Shown one piece after another: positions 30,301 through 38,292 of a stretch of 64,000 nucleotides of DNA. The notes below the pieces were generated by a model. That model worked only from the letters and a program-made list of their open reading frames with translations, did no database searches and had not been told where the DNA came from. Position 1 is the stretch's first letter; each line of letters begins with the position of its first letter. Location of the stretch: positions 2,456-66,455 of the forward strand of contig JBFMDO010000014.1 in the NCBI GenBank assembly GCA_040753615.1. Reading direction: 5' to 3'. The position numbers were made by a program, and so were the translations under genes. The DNA comes from Nitrospirota bacterium (GTDB lineage: Bacteria > Nitrospirota > Thermodesulfovibrionia > Thermodesulfovibrionales > SM23-35).

Positions 30301-30530
30301 ATTTTTGCGTCACTTTCATTAATCCTGTACCACAAATTAGGTAGACGGTATGCCTCAAGGTAACTGCTGACGAGGGTGGTCTTGCCAGAACCTGCTGGGC
30401 CTGATATCCAGATGACAGGGCGATTACGACCTTTATCAATGATTTGAAAAAGCCTTTCTCTAAGACAAATATCTATCATGGACGTATGATTTTTTTTAGC
30501 TAAAGACATATGGGCTTGTTTTACCATCAT
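27309..30530 (-). CDS. STAND NTPase (MalT-like) fused to C-terminal SARP module (OmpR-type wHTH + BTAD)
   Basis: 1073 aa. The N-terminus has RERLFQIIDKGRNRPVIWISGPAGSGKTTL (Walker A) and ILVFDNYQ (Walker B). The middle region is helical and TPR-like. The C-terminus has LKIYTLGGFELIKGGKPL...LHRLRKLIG (wHTH) followed by a BTAD-like LAEEFYQRLMSCYVRLGMQTEALTIYNRCRSAL. Confidence 0.8.
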   Translation of the reverse strand: MMVKQAHMSLAKKNHTSMIDICLRERLFQIIDKGRNRPVIWISGPAGSGKTTLVSSYLEAYRLPNLWYRINESDAKIGNFFNYMSMKAEKIKKQKNIPLPIFTPECQKDISKFARQYFDNFYGKLPYPFILVFDNYQNVQSKSLFQEVIKIGLSELPLNINIIFISRSDIPPVLARMRTDYLPAVIGWNELKFTLKEMDEIVRKRLGKYSKDIIQSLYNKTDGWVAGIVLMLERARKEKIDLHLLNEFIPEEIFDYFSTEVFENADEEIRNFLLKTAFLPQITSKMAENLTGHHMADRILMHLNRNNYFLEKYLGPGEADPVYRYHPLFKEFLLLRAKDFLLPDDLLRTQQNASSILVEFNLIEEAARLFSETRNWDELIKLIYRYAGSMIVEGKNKTLIRWINSLSKDIVENTPWLLYWKGMCYMPFNPDESYGYFEQAFKIFNDQQDTSGILLASTAAVESTIYDRVFKRLDKWFSLLNEPITGFKGFPSKEIEARVASCMFKIMVLRHPEHPELDSWAERALSLSQDCEDITTRMQTLLYFAWHRLFTGDFAKAALMIDSLKEVIESGIVPPLYLLHLKSVEAFYYFLMAMPEQCEKTISDGIELAHMTEIHIMDDLLLGCGVANALSKGETGTSKKLLKKSALSIVNSRALNKSFYHLLLTWEALIKNDMTQALLHADLALKSAFNAGFPQNEAVCYLAKAQIMHETGEQKQAEDLLRLSSRIGKEINSHFIEFMCFLSESQFAFDHGEEETGLMLLNKAMDIGKRHGYVNIFIWRATIMTKLCIKAIESGIEVEYVKDIVKKRELIPDIPPVHIENWPWPLKIYTLGGFELIKGGKPLRFSRKVQKKPLALLKVLITLGGKEVSEVQIIDILWKDAEGDVAHKSFATTLHRLRKLIGNEKAIQLRESRVTLDPRYCYVDVWAFERIIGQIEKAWEKEIIETDIKTVQLAEKAVEMYKGLFLAEEIDQPWTVSFRERLRSKFLRNVRRLSYYWEEVGDFNKAINCYHKGLEVDDLAEEFYQRLMSCYVRLGMQTEALTIYNRCRSALYTGLGIEPSTKTKAIYKSLLPE

Positions 30531-30607
30531 AGGATATATTTAGAAGATATTAAATCATTTATAAATTGTCAAGGAAGGTCTACCTAAAAATTGCTTAACC
30601 AAAAATA

Positions 30608-31594
30608 CTACCTTATAAAAAACTGAGTGATATATCTTAATGCCAATGAGATAATAATAATTCCGAGCATGAGTTTAATGAACTTCTGGGGGACAAACTT
30701 TTGAAACCTTGCGCCGAGATATATTCCGATAAACCCACCTGCCCCAAAGAGAAAACCGAGAAGCCAATCTGGTGAAGTAACCATTCCACCCGGTGACGGT
30801 ACCACGCTGTAAAAGAAGACGCCTGCAATGGAGGTTAAAAAAGTCCCCATTAATGCTGCGCCTGCAACAGTGTAAACAGGCAGGTGAAAGACAGCCACAC
30901 AGAAGGGTGCTATTATTGCTCCTCCTCCAATTCCATATGTGCCACCTATGATCCCAACAATGAAGGCAAGGAAAAACATGCCTATTGTGCTGAATGAAAA
31001 TCTCTCTCCCCAGAATTCATATTCTATCTTTTTAAGACTAACCGAGACGGTTTTCACTATTGCTTCTGGGGGGAGTCCTGATGCGATCCTACTTTTCTGC
31101 TGTTCCTTGATCTGTCGCGTTCTTTCCCTGAATTTATCTTCGAGTGCCTTCATTTTTGACTTTCCGACTGATGCCTTTCCTGTAATTTCATAAATAAGAC
31201 GAATGCCAATATAAAGTAAAACGCATCCCACGAAAAATTTGAATGCCATCGGGTCTGGGAGATAAAGTACCCTGAGATAATATCCTATGAATACCCCCGG
31301 TAATGTTCCAATAATAACTATATTGGTTAGTGGCCATGCCATTCTACCTTCCTTAAGATAGCGGTAGACCCCGCTCGGGATTGCAACAATATTATAGACA
31401 AAATTTGTAGCGCTTACAGAAGGGCTTGTAAAATGAAGAAAGCTCATCTGGAATGGAAGTAATAAAAATGCACCTGAAACACCACCCATAGATGTAAAAA
31501 AAGAGACAACCAGTGCAACAAGGGGTGGGATAAAGATATAAGTTTTTACACCTGATGCAGAAAAAATAACTTGTAGAGAATTCAAAACATCCAT
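30608..31594 (-). CDS. TauE/SafE (DUF81) family anion exporter-like membrane protein
   Basis: A polytopic membrane protein with two halves separated by a charged loop of about 60 aa. The start is probably MDVLNSLQ (31594), not 31642. Confidence 0.65.
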   Translation of the reverse strand: MDVLNSLQVIFSASGVKTYIFIPPLVALVVSFFTSMGGVSGAFLLLPFQMSFLHFTSPSVSATNFVYNIVAIPSGVYRYLKEGRMAWPLTNIVIIGTLPGVFIGYYLRVLYLPDPMAFKFFVGCVLLYIGIRLIYEITGKASVGKSKMKALEDKFRERTRQIKEQQKSRIASGLPPEAIVKTVSVSLKKIEYEFWGERFSFSTIGMFFLAFIVGIIGGTYGIGGGAIIAPFCVAVFHLPVYTVAGAALMGTFLTSIAGVFFYSVVPSPGGMVTSPDWLLGFLFGAGGFIGIYLGARFQKFVPQKFIKLMLGIIIISLALRYITQFFIR

Positions 31595-31648
31595 TTTGCC
31601 TTTCTTATTGACAGCAACAAATTTTTCATAGTATAGTAACACAAAACA

Positions 31649-31732
31649 GGCGATGGGGTTCGCCTTTAACCGTTCCGGTTGATCGGAAATAATGACCCCT
31701 ACTGAGACAAATAGTTTCGGTAGGGGTTTTTT
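31649..31732 (+). promoter_or_regulatory. Fluoride riboswitch (crcB motif) with terminator, copy 1
   Basis: GGCGAUGGGGUUCGCCUUUAACCGUUCCGGUUGAUCGGAAAUAAUGACCCCUAC is followed by the terminator CCCCUACUGA...UCGGUAGGGG and UUUUUU. This matches the recalled consensus GGCGAUGGnGUUCGCC...AACCGC...CUGAUGAcnCCUAC. Confidence 0.85.
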
Positions 31733-31768
31733 AATTTATTCCCCTTCCGAATAAAGGAGGAACAGATA

Positions 31769-32905
31769 GTGGAAAACCAATGGCTTCAGGCAACACTATG
31801 GATAGGGCTTGCACTTGCTGCAACGCTTATTTCTTTACGGATAGCAGTTTCTATTGCACTCATTGAAATAATTGCAGGAGTTATCGGGGGGAATTTCCTC
31901 CCGCTTCAGAGGACAGAATGGGTAAACTTCCTTGCAGGATTTGGCAGTGTACTCTTAACATTTCTTGCAGGGGCAGAGGTGGACCCCATAGTGATGAAAA
32001 AAAAGTTTAAGGAGAGCGTGACCATAGGGGTGCTGAGCTTTTTTGGTCCATTTATAGGTGTTATGGCATATGCTTACTATATTGCAGGATGGAGCCTGCC
32101 TCAATCACAAATAGCAGGGATAGCACTTTCAACTACTTCTGTTGCGGTCATCTATGCTGTGATGATAGAGACTGGATATAATAAGACAGAACTCGGCAAG
32201 ATTATACTTGCTGCCTGTTTTATAACTGATCTTGGAACTGTCCTTGCCCTTGGTATTCTCTTTGCAACGTATGACCTGTATATGGTGTTATTTATTGCTG
32301 TCACAGCGATTGTTTTATTCTTGCTTCCAAGATTTACTCCATGGTTTTTTAGAAAGGTCGGGAGTCGAATTAGTGAGCCTGAGACAAAGTTTATCTTTTT
32401 CTTACTCTTTGGTCTCGGCGGGCTTTCATTAATGGCGAAAAGCGAGGCTGTGCTTCCTGCGTATCTTGTCGGAATGGTTCTCGCACCTTTTTTTCTTGAA
32501 AATAAGACCCTTAGCCACAGGATGCGTGTTATAGCCTTCACTATGCTGACACCGTTTTATTTTATTAAAGCAGGCTCACTCGTCAAGCTCTCAGCAATAT
32601 GGGACTGTGCATTTTTAATAACTATATTCCTTTTGATCAAAATGGTAACAAAATTTATAGGAGTATGGCCACCTACTAAGGTATTTAAGTTCGGAAAAAA
32701 AGAGGGTATGTATACTACTTTGCTGATGTCAACAGGACTTACATTCGGCACTATCTCTGCACTTTTTGGTTATACGAATAAGATAATAGATCAGGAGCAA
32801 TATACTATTCTTGTTACTGCTGTTATACTTTCAGCAGTAGTGCCGACAATAATAGCCCAGACATGGTTTCAACCGAAGATGAAAAAGGAGGATGATAATG
32901 TTTAA
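31769..32905 (+). CDS. Cation:proton antiporter (Na+/H+ exchanger family, CPA2-like)
   Basis: 378 aa with about 11 TM segments. It uses a GTG start after GGAGGA and has the Na_H_Exchanger-like pattern LLTFLAGAEVD. Confidence 0.8.
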   Translation: MENQWLQATLWIGLALAATLISLRIAVSIALIEIIAGVIGGNFLPLQRTEWVNFLAGFGSVLLTFLAGAEVDPIVMKKKFKESVTIGVLSFFGPFIGVMAYAYYIAGWSLPQSQIAGIALSTTSVAVIYAVMIETGYNKTELGKIILAACFITDLGTVLALGILFATYDLYMVLFIAVTAIVLFLLPRFTPWFFRKVGSRISEPETKFIFFLLFGLGGLSLMAKSEAVLPAYLVGMVLAPFFLENKTLSHRMRVIAFTMLTPFYFIKAGSLVKLSAIWDCAFLITIFLLIKMVTKFIGVWPPTKVFKFGKKEGMYTTLLMSTGLTFGTISALFGYTNKIIDQEQYTILVTAVILSAVVPTIIAQTWFQPKMKKEDDNV

Positions 32906-33320
32906 GAAAATCTTAATTGCCAATGATGGCTCAGATGGTGCAAAGCATGCATTACGGGTTGCGATAGATATTGCAAAGAAATATAATGCCGAACTTCACA
33001 GCATATCAGTTGAAGAAGGTGTTCCGCATTATGCTGCGACTATCGGCGAAGTCGAGGAATTCAGAAAAGAAGCAAATGATTATTTCAAGAAGATTAATGA
33101 CGAAGCAGTGGAAGCTGCAAGGAAAGAAGGCATTGAATTTCATACTAAAGTACAGGCAGGTCATGAAGTGGAGACAATCATAAATTATGCAAAGGAAGAA
33201 AAATTCGATCTATTAGTTATTGGATTTATGGGGCATTCGAAGATATTCGGAAGGATATGGGGTTCGACCTCACAGAACATAACAAAACTTTCTCCTTGTA
33301 CTGTTATTGTGGTAAAATAG
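32892..33320 (+). CDS. Universal stress protein (UspA family)
   Basis: 142 aa with KKILIANDGSDGAKHAL...DLLVIGFMGHS...GSTSQNITKLSPCTVIVV. Confidence 0.85.
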   Translation: MIMFKKILIANDGSDGAKHALRVAIDIAKKYNAELHSISVEEGVPHYAATIGEVEEFRKEANDYFKKINDEAVEAARKEGIEFHTKVQAGHEVETIINYAKEEKFDLLVIGFMGHSKIFGRIWGSTSQNITKLSPCTVIVVK

Positions 33321-33326
33321 CCTGAA

Positions 33327-33405
33327 GGCGATGGAGTTTGCTTAACCGTTCCGTATAATCGGAACTGATAACTCCTACCGAAGATATTTTTGGTAGGAGT
33401 TTTTT
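33327..33405 (+). promoter_or_regulatory. Fluoride riboswitch (crcB motif) with terminator, copy 2
   Basis: GGCGAUGGAGUUUGCUUAACCGUUCCGUAUAAUCGGAACUGAUAACUCCUAC is followed by the terminator ACUCCUACCGA...UUGGUAGGAGU and UUUUU. It aligns with copy 1 along its full length. Confidence 0.85.
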
Positions 33406-33449
33406 AGTTTTCAAACAATAAAGAACTCCTCTACACTATAATATGACGT

Positions 33450-34610
33450 ATGGATAATAAAAGAAGAACCGCATTTCAATTTATTATCCTTCTCGGGATT
33501 GTTAGTCTCTTCGGAGATATAACATATGAGGCGGCAAGGAGTGTTACAGGACCTTATTTGTCGGTTCTGGGCGCAAGCGCTTTTATTGTTGGATTAGTCG
33601 CAGGACTTGGTGAATTTCTCGGTTATGCTTTGCGTTTAGCCTCTGGGTATATTGCAGACCGCACAAGGGCATATTGGCCTATTACGATCATTGGTTATGG
33701 ATTAATTCTTTCTATACCCATGCTGGCATTTGCTGGCTATTGGCAGGTTGCAGCTTTCCTCATTATTTGTGAGAGAGTTGGAAAGGCAATAAGAACTCCT
33801 GCGAGAGATGCCATGCTTTCGCATGCCACAAAGCAGGTGGGCAGAGGGTGGGGATTCGGAATTCACGAGGCATTAGACCAGGTCGGCGCTATTGTTGGAC
33901 CTTTGATATTTTCTGCAGTGTTCTTTCTAAAGGGTGACTATCAAGATGGTTTTGCTATTTTATGGATCCCTGCTTTCTTGACTTTAGCAATACTTTTAAT
34001 GGTAAGGAAAAAAGTCCCATCACCACAAAAACTTGAGACTTCAGAAAAGGAACATACGGATGAAAACAGCAGATTACCAAAGATATTCTGGCTTTATGCA
34101 TTGTTTATCTTTCTGAGTGTTGCAGGTTTTGCAAATTTTCAGATCATTTCATATCATTTCAAGGTCAAATCAATCGTAACAGATGCACAAATCCCCTTGC
34201 TATATGCAATAGCGATGGGTGTTGATGGATTGGCAGCCTTAATTATTGGTAAAGCCTACGATAAAATTGGTCTAAAGGTGCTTATAACAATTCCACTGCT
34301 AACTATTGCAATCCCTATTTTTGCGTTTTCTTATAACTATAGTTTTGCTGTAACAGGGGTCTTGCTCTGGGGGACTGTTATGGGGATCCATGAGACTATT
34401 ATGCGTGCTGCAATTGCTGATTTAATACCGACTGGGCGCAGAGGATTTGTATACGGCGTTTTTAATATAATATACGGTATATCATGGCTTATAGGAAGCA
34501 CCCTCATGGGATTGCTATATACCATAGACCCTTTTCTCATAATGCCTTTTGTAATTTTTATGGAATTAATATCAATTCCTGTATTTTTAGCTGTCTATAG
34601 GAGAAAGTGA
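33450..34610 (+). CDS. MFS transporter
   Basis: 386 aa with about 12 TM segments and a loop motif DRTRAYWPI (D-R-x-x-R-like) between TM2 and TM3. Confidence 0.8.
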   Translation: MDNKRRTAFQFIILLGIVSLFGDITYEAARSVTGPYLSVLGASAFIVGLVAGLGEFLGYALRLASGYIADRTRAYWPITIIGYGLILSIPMLAFAGYWQVAAFLIICERVGKAIRTPARDAMLSHATKQVGRGWGFGIHEALDQVGAIVGPLIFSAVFFLKGDYQDGFAILWIPAFLTLAILLMVRKKVPSPQKLETSEKEHTDENSRLPKIFWLYALFIFLSVAGFANFQIISYHFKVKSIVTDAQIPLLYAIAMGVDGLAALIIGKAYDKIGLKVLITIPLLTIAIPIFAFSYNYSFAVTGVLLWGTVMGIHETIMRAAIADLIPTGRRGFVYGVFNIIYGISWLIGSTLMGLLYTIDPFLIMPFVIFMELISIPVFLAVYRRK

Positions 34611-34689
34611 CGATTTCAATTATATTTATGCAATAAAATCTTTTATGGAAAAAATTGGAACAAGCTACCACATCTAATTGTGAATAATC

Positions 34690-34766
34690 TGGTCGGGGCG
34701 ACTGGATTTGAACCAGCGACTCCACGGTCCCGAACCGTGTGCGCTACCAGGCTGCGCTACGCCCCG
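34690..34766 (-). tRNA. tRNA-Pro (anticodon CGG)
   Basis: Minus strand: CGGGGCGTAGCGCAGCCTGGTAGCGCACACGGTTCGGGACCGTGGAGTCGCTGGTTCAAATCCAGTCGCCCCGACCA. It folds into a cloverleaf with anticodon loop TTCGGGA and an encoded CCA. Confidence 0.9.
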
Positions 34767-34915
34767 ATAAATGAATAATAAAAATCCCATACCCTTTAAG
34801 TCAAGTCTTTGTCCTCTTTTGTTATAATTGATAAATATCGTGCAAAAAATTTAAACTTGAATTGCAGGATTTTTGAAGCAGGCATTCTACCCCACTATAT
34901 TTATGAATTTTATTT

Positions 34916-35063
34916 CATGTATAGCAGATATAGTATTTGAGCGGATTTTTTTGCCGATAGTCAAATACACTATATGAATATTTGAAAATAAAGAGGCAAA
35001 AGCCTCGGAGTCCCGACTTTATGTCGGGACGAGAATGAGCGAAAATACTATATCTGCTACATT
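34916..35063. repeat. MITE-like element or long hairpin with ~20-bp terminal inverted repeats
   Basis: GTA(T)AGCAGATATAGTATTT at the left end pairs with AAATACTATATCTGCTAC at the right end (18 bp perfect). They enclose about 105 bp containing the hairpin GTCCCGAC-TTTA-TGTCGGGAC. Confidence 0.5.
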
Positions 35064-35110
35064 AATATGTATAATTTATGAATAATCTGAGCTAACTAAA
35101 AGGAGGAAGG

Positions 35111-36016
35111 ATGGGTTTTTTTGAGCATCTTAAGGATAGTTTAACAAAGACAAGAAAAGGATTTATCGAAAAGGTTGAATCTATTTTTACCGGACGTAAA
35201 ATTGACAGCGAAACCTTAGAAGAACTTGAGGAGGTATTAATTATTTCTGATGTGGGAGCTAAGGCAACAGAAGAAATCATAACAGCCATAAAGGAAAAGG
35301 TAAAGAAAGGAGAGGCTAAAGATTTAGATTCTGTAAAAGAACTACTAAAAAGAGAAATGATCAATATTCTTGGAAATTCAAACCCAATGGTTGTTTATGG
35401 GGATAAGCCTTTTGTGATTCTCGCTGTTGGTGTAAATGGGGTAGGGAAGACAACAACTATCGGAAAACTTGCGAGTAGATTTCACTCTCAGGGCATTTCT
35501 GTTTTGCTTGCTGCAGGCGATACGTTTAGAGCCGCAGGAATTGAACAGCTTGAGATATGGGCTGAAAGAGCTGCTGCACAGTTTGTTAAGCACCAAAAAG
35601 GTTCTGATCCGGCTGCAGTGGCTTATGATGCAGTTATGGCAGCTAAAAGCAGAAATATAGACGTTGTTATAGTTGATACTGCCGGAAGATTACATACAAA
35701 AACTAACCTGATGGAAGAACTTAAAAAGGTAAAAAGGACCATTCAAAAAGTAATGCCAGAATCGCCACAGGAGGTTCTTTTAGTTGTTGACGCTACCACA
35801 GGGCAAAATGCTATTCGCCAGGCAGAATTATTTAATAAGGCTATCGGAGTGACAGGAATTGCCCTGACAAAACTCGATGGTACTGCTAAAGGAGGCATTG
35901 TTTTTGCAATAAAGAAAGAACTCGGCATTCCGGTGAGGCTTATAGGTGTTGGCGAGGGGATTGATGATCTCAGGGACTTTGAACCTAAAGAGTTTGTAGA
36001 AGCGCTTTTTTCGTAA
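35111..36016 (+). CDS. ftsY: Signal recognition particle receptor FtsY
   Basis: 301 aa (NG domain only) with GVNGVGKTTTIGKLA, DTAGRLH and TKLDGTAKGG. Confidence 0.92.
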   Translation: MGFFEHLKDSLTKTRKGFIEKVESIFTGRKIDSETLEELEEVLIISDVGAKATEEIITAIKEKVKKGEAKDLDSVKELLKREMINILGNSNPMVVYGDKPFVILAVGVNGVGKTTTIGKLASRFHSQGISVLLAAGDTFRAAGIEQLEIWAERAAAQFVKHQKGSDPAAVAYDAVMAAKSRNIDVVIVDTAGRLHTKTNLMEELKKVKRTIQKVMPESPQEVLLVVDATTGQNAIRQAELFNKAIGVTGIALTKLDGTAKGGIVFAIKKELGIPVRLIGVGEGIDDLRDFEPKEFVEALFS

Positions 36017-36032
36017 AGCTAATCTATATTAA

Positions 36033-36195
36033 CCCAGAATAATGCAGATATTGCTCAAAAATTTCTTTAACTCGATAAATTATTAAATTATCCAAATTCG
36101 TTCAATGAATAAAAATATTCGTAAAACCATCAGTTGAAGGTACACTAAGGTATCGAAAAATTAATTTTCTCACAACATCTGCATTATTCCAATTG
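36033..36195. repeat. Inverted-repeat-flanked intergenic element
   Basis: GAATAATGCAGAT (36038-36050) pairs with ATCTGCATTATTC (36176-36188), 13 bp perfect and about 20 bp with mismatches. It lies between the convergent ftsY and hydrogenase protease genes. Confidence 0.4.
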
Positions 36196-36206
36196 CGTTT
36201 TTTGGA

Positions 36207-36719
36207 TTAATTTGAATTTTTTATTTCTTCCTTAATTAGCTCGATTATCCTGGGGATTTTTGATTTAATTTCAGGGGATAATTCCATACCCATATCAATA
36301 GACTTGGGTTCGACGCCTATTACAGTTGTATGAGGTGTTTTGCCGATTAATTCTGATAAATTTATGACTTCAAGTATCCCGATCTGATGAACAGATGTCT
36401 TGAAGCCAGGGGGACAGGCTTTAACATCCTTGACATTAAAACGATATATAGACCCTGGAGGCTCTCCGCCTTTTACAGCATCAATTACTATCAGGCGTTC
36501 AGCTTCTGTTATTACATTCATTAAATAGAAACCATCGGTCCCCCCCTCGACAACAGAAACATCTGGAGGCAAATCCATCTTCATAAGTTCATTGGCTACA
36601 TGGACACCGACGCCTTCGTCAGACAACAAAATATTTCCTACTCCGAGGATAATAATTTTTTGGGAGGAGACAATGTCTCCTCCCTGTAAATTTACTGAGG
36701 AATGTTCGGATAAGTTCAT
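36207..36719 (-). CDS. [NiFe] hydrogenase maturation endopeptidase (HybD/HyaD family)
   Basis: 170 aa with IIILGVGNILLSDEGVGVHV and LIVIDAV motifs. It overlaps the large subunit gene by 4 bp. Confidence 0.85.
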   Translation of the reverse strand: MNLSEHSSVNLQGGDIVSSQKIIILGVGNILLSDEGVGVHVANELMKMDLPPDVSVVEGGTDGFYLMNVITEAERLIVIDAVKGGEPPGSIYRFNVKDVKACPPGFKTSVHQIGILEVINLSELIGKTPHTTVIGVEPKSIDMGMELSPEIKSKIPRIIELIKEEIKNSN

Positions 36720-38278
36720 TCTATGAGAAATTTCCGTATCTCATTAGTCTTAGGGTCTATAATGTGTATGGCACAGGCAAGACATGGGTCAAATGAACGG
36801 ATTATCCTTACGACGTTAATAGGATTTTCTGGGTCTGGCACCGGCGCGCCAATCAAGGATTCCTCGTATTGACCGCGAATGTTCTTTTCGCAGCGAGGCG
36901 AGGCATTCCATGTTGAAGGTACAACAGCCTGATAGTTCTCAATCTTTTTGTTTTTAATCTTAATCCAGTGCCCGAGGGCGCCACGTGGCGCCTCATAAAA
37001 CCCTGCACCCATACCAGTTTGTGGCGGATCCCAGTGTTCAGTGTCATGGATCTTAAAGGTGGGTTTTGTCATTTCCTTCTCGAGTTCATCAAGCCATTGG
37101 TAGCAGGCATCAACTACAAGTTTTGTCTCAATAGCACGCGCTGCGTGCCTTGCTACTGCACCGGGCTTGGCGCCTTTCTTAACTAGATCAATAAGAGTAG
37201 GATTTTTGGCTACAAGCATTCTCGCTAATGGGCCAACCTCCATTGGGTTGCCATTGTAGCGAGGAGCCTTAACAAAACTATATGCCCCTTTCTTTTCAAG
37301 ATTAAATACCTGTTCGCCATTATATGGATGTACAGGCTTATTATCTTTATACCAGCCATATTTCACTGACTCGGTAATTTTATCCGGCTCAAATGGATCA
37401 ATCTTAATATTAGCGGGATTTAAGTTGGTAATGACACCTGCAGGGAAGACAAGATTCCTTCCTTTCATATCTTTCTCTAATGCACCATAAGAAAGATAAT
37501 TATAATGTCCACCACCCAGTCCCATTTCTGCAAGTTTCCAGAGCGGACCTGTTCCAAAAAGCAGGACATCTGGAATGTATACTTCATTGACAAATTTAGC
37601 CTGCTCATCGAGCATTGTACGGAAACGTGCTATCTGGTTAATATCAGGATAAGATGTAACACCACCAACAACAATATTCTGATAATGAGGAGTCCTGCCA
37701 CCCCATATAGCCCCCATATTTCTTGCTTTTGCATGCATCTTCAAGGCATCAATATAATGCTTGACTGCCATGGTTACCAAATCAGGATCTTTAACGCTGA
37801 ACTCATCTGGTTCATAGCGGGGTGTGAGAGGAAAGGTATCATTTGATTTAACCAGACTAACTATTTTTTCTTTAACAGCAAGCAGGTCTTTATCTTTTCC
37901 CTTATACTTAGCAATGGCCATGATGTCAATATAATCAAGGGCACTTAATTGATAAAAATGGATGAGATGGTCGTAGATATACTGCGCACCCATTACAAGG
38001 TTTCTTAGTAAGGTGCCTCCCCAAGGTACATTGGCGCCAAATGCTGCATCCAGAGCACGAGCTGAAGTTATTTGGTGAACGCTATAGCATACGCCACAGA
38101 AACGGCTTGTTACATAAGATGCATCTCTCGGGTCTTTTCCTATAAGCAGTGCTTCGAATCCACGAGCCATTGTGCCGCTGCTCCACGCATCTTTTACCTT
38201 GCCATTTTCGATCTCTACCTCAATTTTAAGATGTCCTTCAATCCTGGTTATTGGATCTATAGTTATTTTCTTTCCCAT
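36716..38278 (-). CDS. [NiFe] hydrogenase large subunit
   Basis: 520 aa with ITIDPITRIEGH, the N-terminal RFCGVC and the C-terminal DPCLACAIH followed by a cleavable extension. Confidence 0.93.
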   Translation of the reverse strand: MGKKITIDPITRIEGHLKIEVEIENGKVKDAWSSGTMARGFEALLIGKDPRDASYVTSRFCGVCYSVHQITSARALDAAFGANVPWGGTLLRNLVMGAQYIYDHLIHFYQLSALDYIDIMAIAKYKGKDKDLLAVKEKIVSLVKSNDTFPLTPRYEPDEFSVKDPDLVTMAVKHYIDALKMHAKARNMGAIWGGRTPHYQNIVVGGVTSYPDINQIARFRTMLDEQAKFVNEVYIPDVLLFGTGPLWKLAEMGLGGGHYNYLSYGALEKDMKGRNLVFPAGVITNLNPANIKIDPFEPDKITESVKYGWYKDNKPVHPYNGEQVFNLEKKGAYSFVKAPRYNGNPMEVGPLARMLVAKNPTLIDLVKKGAKPGAVARHAARAIETKLVVDACYQWLDELEKEMTKPTFKIHDTEHWDPPQTGMGAGFYEAPRGALGHWIKIKNKKIENYQAVVPSTWNASPRCEKNIRGQYEESLIGAPVPDPENPINVVRIIRSFDPCLACAIHIIDPKTNEIRKFLIE

Positions 38279-38292
38279 TTATCGTCACCCCC

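Noticed and set aside
34916-35063. SRP (4.5S) RNA or 6S RNA next to ftsY.
   Set aside because: I could not find the conserved SRP domain IV motifs (the GGAA/AGCA symmetric loop context). The structure is a simple terminal inverted repeat, which looks more like a MITE.
36716-38278. A selenocysteine-containing [NiFeSe] large subunit.
   Set aside because: The C-terminal motif is DPCLACAIH, with Cys encoded by TGT/TGC. There is no in-frame TGA.
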